Part shown: positions 16,801 to 17,748 of the stretch, piece after piece
Layout of the letters: each line of letters starts with the position of its first letter
How positions within the stretch are numbered: position 1 is the stretch's first letter
NCBI GenBank assembly: GCA_031372065.1
Contig: JANMKN010000028.1
Coordinates: forward strand, 1 to 17,748
Length of the DNA: 17,748 nucleotides
Direction of reading: 5' to 3'
Origin: Abditibacteriaceae bacterium
GTDB lineage: Bacteria > Armatimonadota > Abditibacteriia > Abditibacteriales > Abditibacteriaceae
Position numbers and translations under genes: made by a program
The notes under the pieces: generated by a model
Told to the model about the DNA's origin: nothing
The model's database searches: none
What the model saw: the letters and a program-made list of their open reading frames with translations, nothing else

Positions 16801-16814
16801 GTATTTGGTGCGGC

Positions 16815-17507
16815 TTACGATGGGTTGGCAGGCACCTCCGTTGGGGTATCGGCTTCGGTTGTGCCGGGCGTTGGTTTTTGGCGCGGGGTAAAGCCGTAGC
16901 GGGCGAGGCCGGGGTCGAAAACGCCGTCGGGGAGGGCGGCGCTCAGGTAGTGCCAGACGCGGGAAATGCCGTCTTCGAGCAAGGCCCAGGCGTCGTCGCG
17001 GGCGTTGATTTCTTCCTGACGCTCGCCGGGGGATGCAGCGGGGCGGTTGGCGTCAATTTTATTCAACGTCGCTTGAATGTCGGTCAGCATATCGGCGCGC
17101 AGTTTGGCGGCGGTGGGCGCGGTGCCGTTAGCGATGAGAAAACCGCGCATCAGGCTGATAATCTGCGCGTTGGTGAAGTGGCCGCCCACGCCGCGACTAA
17201 TGCCATAATGCGCCTTCATCGCGTTGCGGTTGACACTGCGCGGCAAGCCTTTGAGGTAGCCGTTCACGTCACGCAGCAAATCGTCGCCTTCATCTAACGC
17301 GTCTTCATAAAGGCTCTGCGACACTTGTCGCGTGCCTTCCACACTTGCCACCGTGCCCAAAAAGCCTTGCAATTGCGCGGCGGGGCCTTGCACGTCGGCC
17401 AAAAGCCAATCCGTAAATTTCTCGCGCGAGGTCGTATCCACACTCGCGTTCGCCGCTACGATGAGATTGGCGTGTTCCATCGCCGCAGCCGGTGTCCTTC
17501 TTGCCAT
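16815..17507 (-). CDS. Hypothetical alpha-helical protein with internal two-fold repeat and Pro/Thr-rich tail
   Basis: ATG 17507 preceded by AGGAG (230 aa), host-like high GC, amphipathic helices, no recognised catalytic motif. Confidence 0.8.
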   Translation of the reverse strand: MARRTPAAAMEHANLIVAANASVDTTSREKFTDWLLADVQGPAAQLQGFLGTVASVEGTRQVSQSLYEDALDEGDDLLRDVNGYLKGLPRSVNRNAMKAHYGISRGVGGHFTNAQIISLMRGFLIANGTAPTAAKLRADMLTDIQATLNKIDANRPAASPGERQEEINARDDAWALLEDGISRVWHYLSAALPDGVFDPGLARYGFTPRQKPTPGTTEADTPTEVPANPS

Positions 17508-17671
17508 TACTGGTCTCCTATAAATAAATTTGGCGACGCGTTTTCGGGTAGCGTTAAGGTGCGACACGAGGGCTACGCCGCCAGTTCATTCCCATTATAA
17601 AGCATGACAAGAGAGGAATGACGGAAAATATGCCGTTTTTCAAGAAAAATCGCAGAAAAAATCAAAAAAAT

Positions 17672-17717
17672 AGCCGTTTTTTGCCTTTCCCCTCTGGTTT
17701 AGGGGCAAAAAACGGCT
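17672..17717. other. 14-bp inverted repeat upstream of the right-hand gene run
   Basis: AGCCGTTTTTTGCC (17672-17685) and GGCAAAAAACGGCT (17704-17717) with an 18-nt loop. Possible terminator of an upstream gene or an operator. Confidence 0.45.
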
Positions 17718-17748
17718 GTGGGACGGTTTTCCCCTCGAAGGGAAGCGC

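Noticed and set aside
184..17638. 12-bp inverted match AAACGGCATATT (184-195) / AATATGCCGTTT (17627-17638) as possible element ends
   Set aside because: Several 12-mer matches are expected by chance in 17.7 kb, and there is no transposase or integrase in the window.
1..17748. CRISPR array, tRNA or rRNA genes
   Set aside because: No regularly spaced repeat-spacer series and no cloverleaf or rRNA-like sequence was seen. Intergenic gaps are short.

Overview
Bacterial chromosomal segment, moderately GC-rich (spot counts of 60-nt lines in the catabolic genes give about 55-62% GC). It is dominated by carbohydrate-catabolism genes, with decayed or defence-like material at both ends. Left end: a type I R-M hsdM pseudogene with an in-frame TAA, whose 3' end is replaced by an inverted pair of GTAG-type REP hairpins, and a C-terminal remnant of a helical hypothetical gene. 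Middle: a minus-strand operon (small membrane protein, sugar-phosphate isomerase/epimerase TIM barrel, secreted LamG + beta-helix GH141-like protein) divergent from a secreted GH2 glycosidase that is flanked by related hairpin elements. Right: one long minus-strand run of an internally duplicated helical hypothetical protein, a lower-GC LRR-Roc-COR (Roco) gene, a GNAT, two tandem Gfo/Idh/MocA paralogues, a PmoA/DUF6807-like protein and a 2-hydroxyacid dehydrogenase. The Roco gene has a non-canonical G4 motif and an uncharacterised Cys/His C-terminal domain. The Gfo/Idh/MocA paralogues carry GH109-like motifs, and one has lost the GHGG loop. Best candidates for new biology: the Roco locus (possible sensor-switch-effector/defence module) and the GH109-like oxidoreductase pair with its partners (possible NAD-dependent glycoside-cleaving pathway). 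All family calls come from motif recognition by eye; no database search was run.
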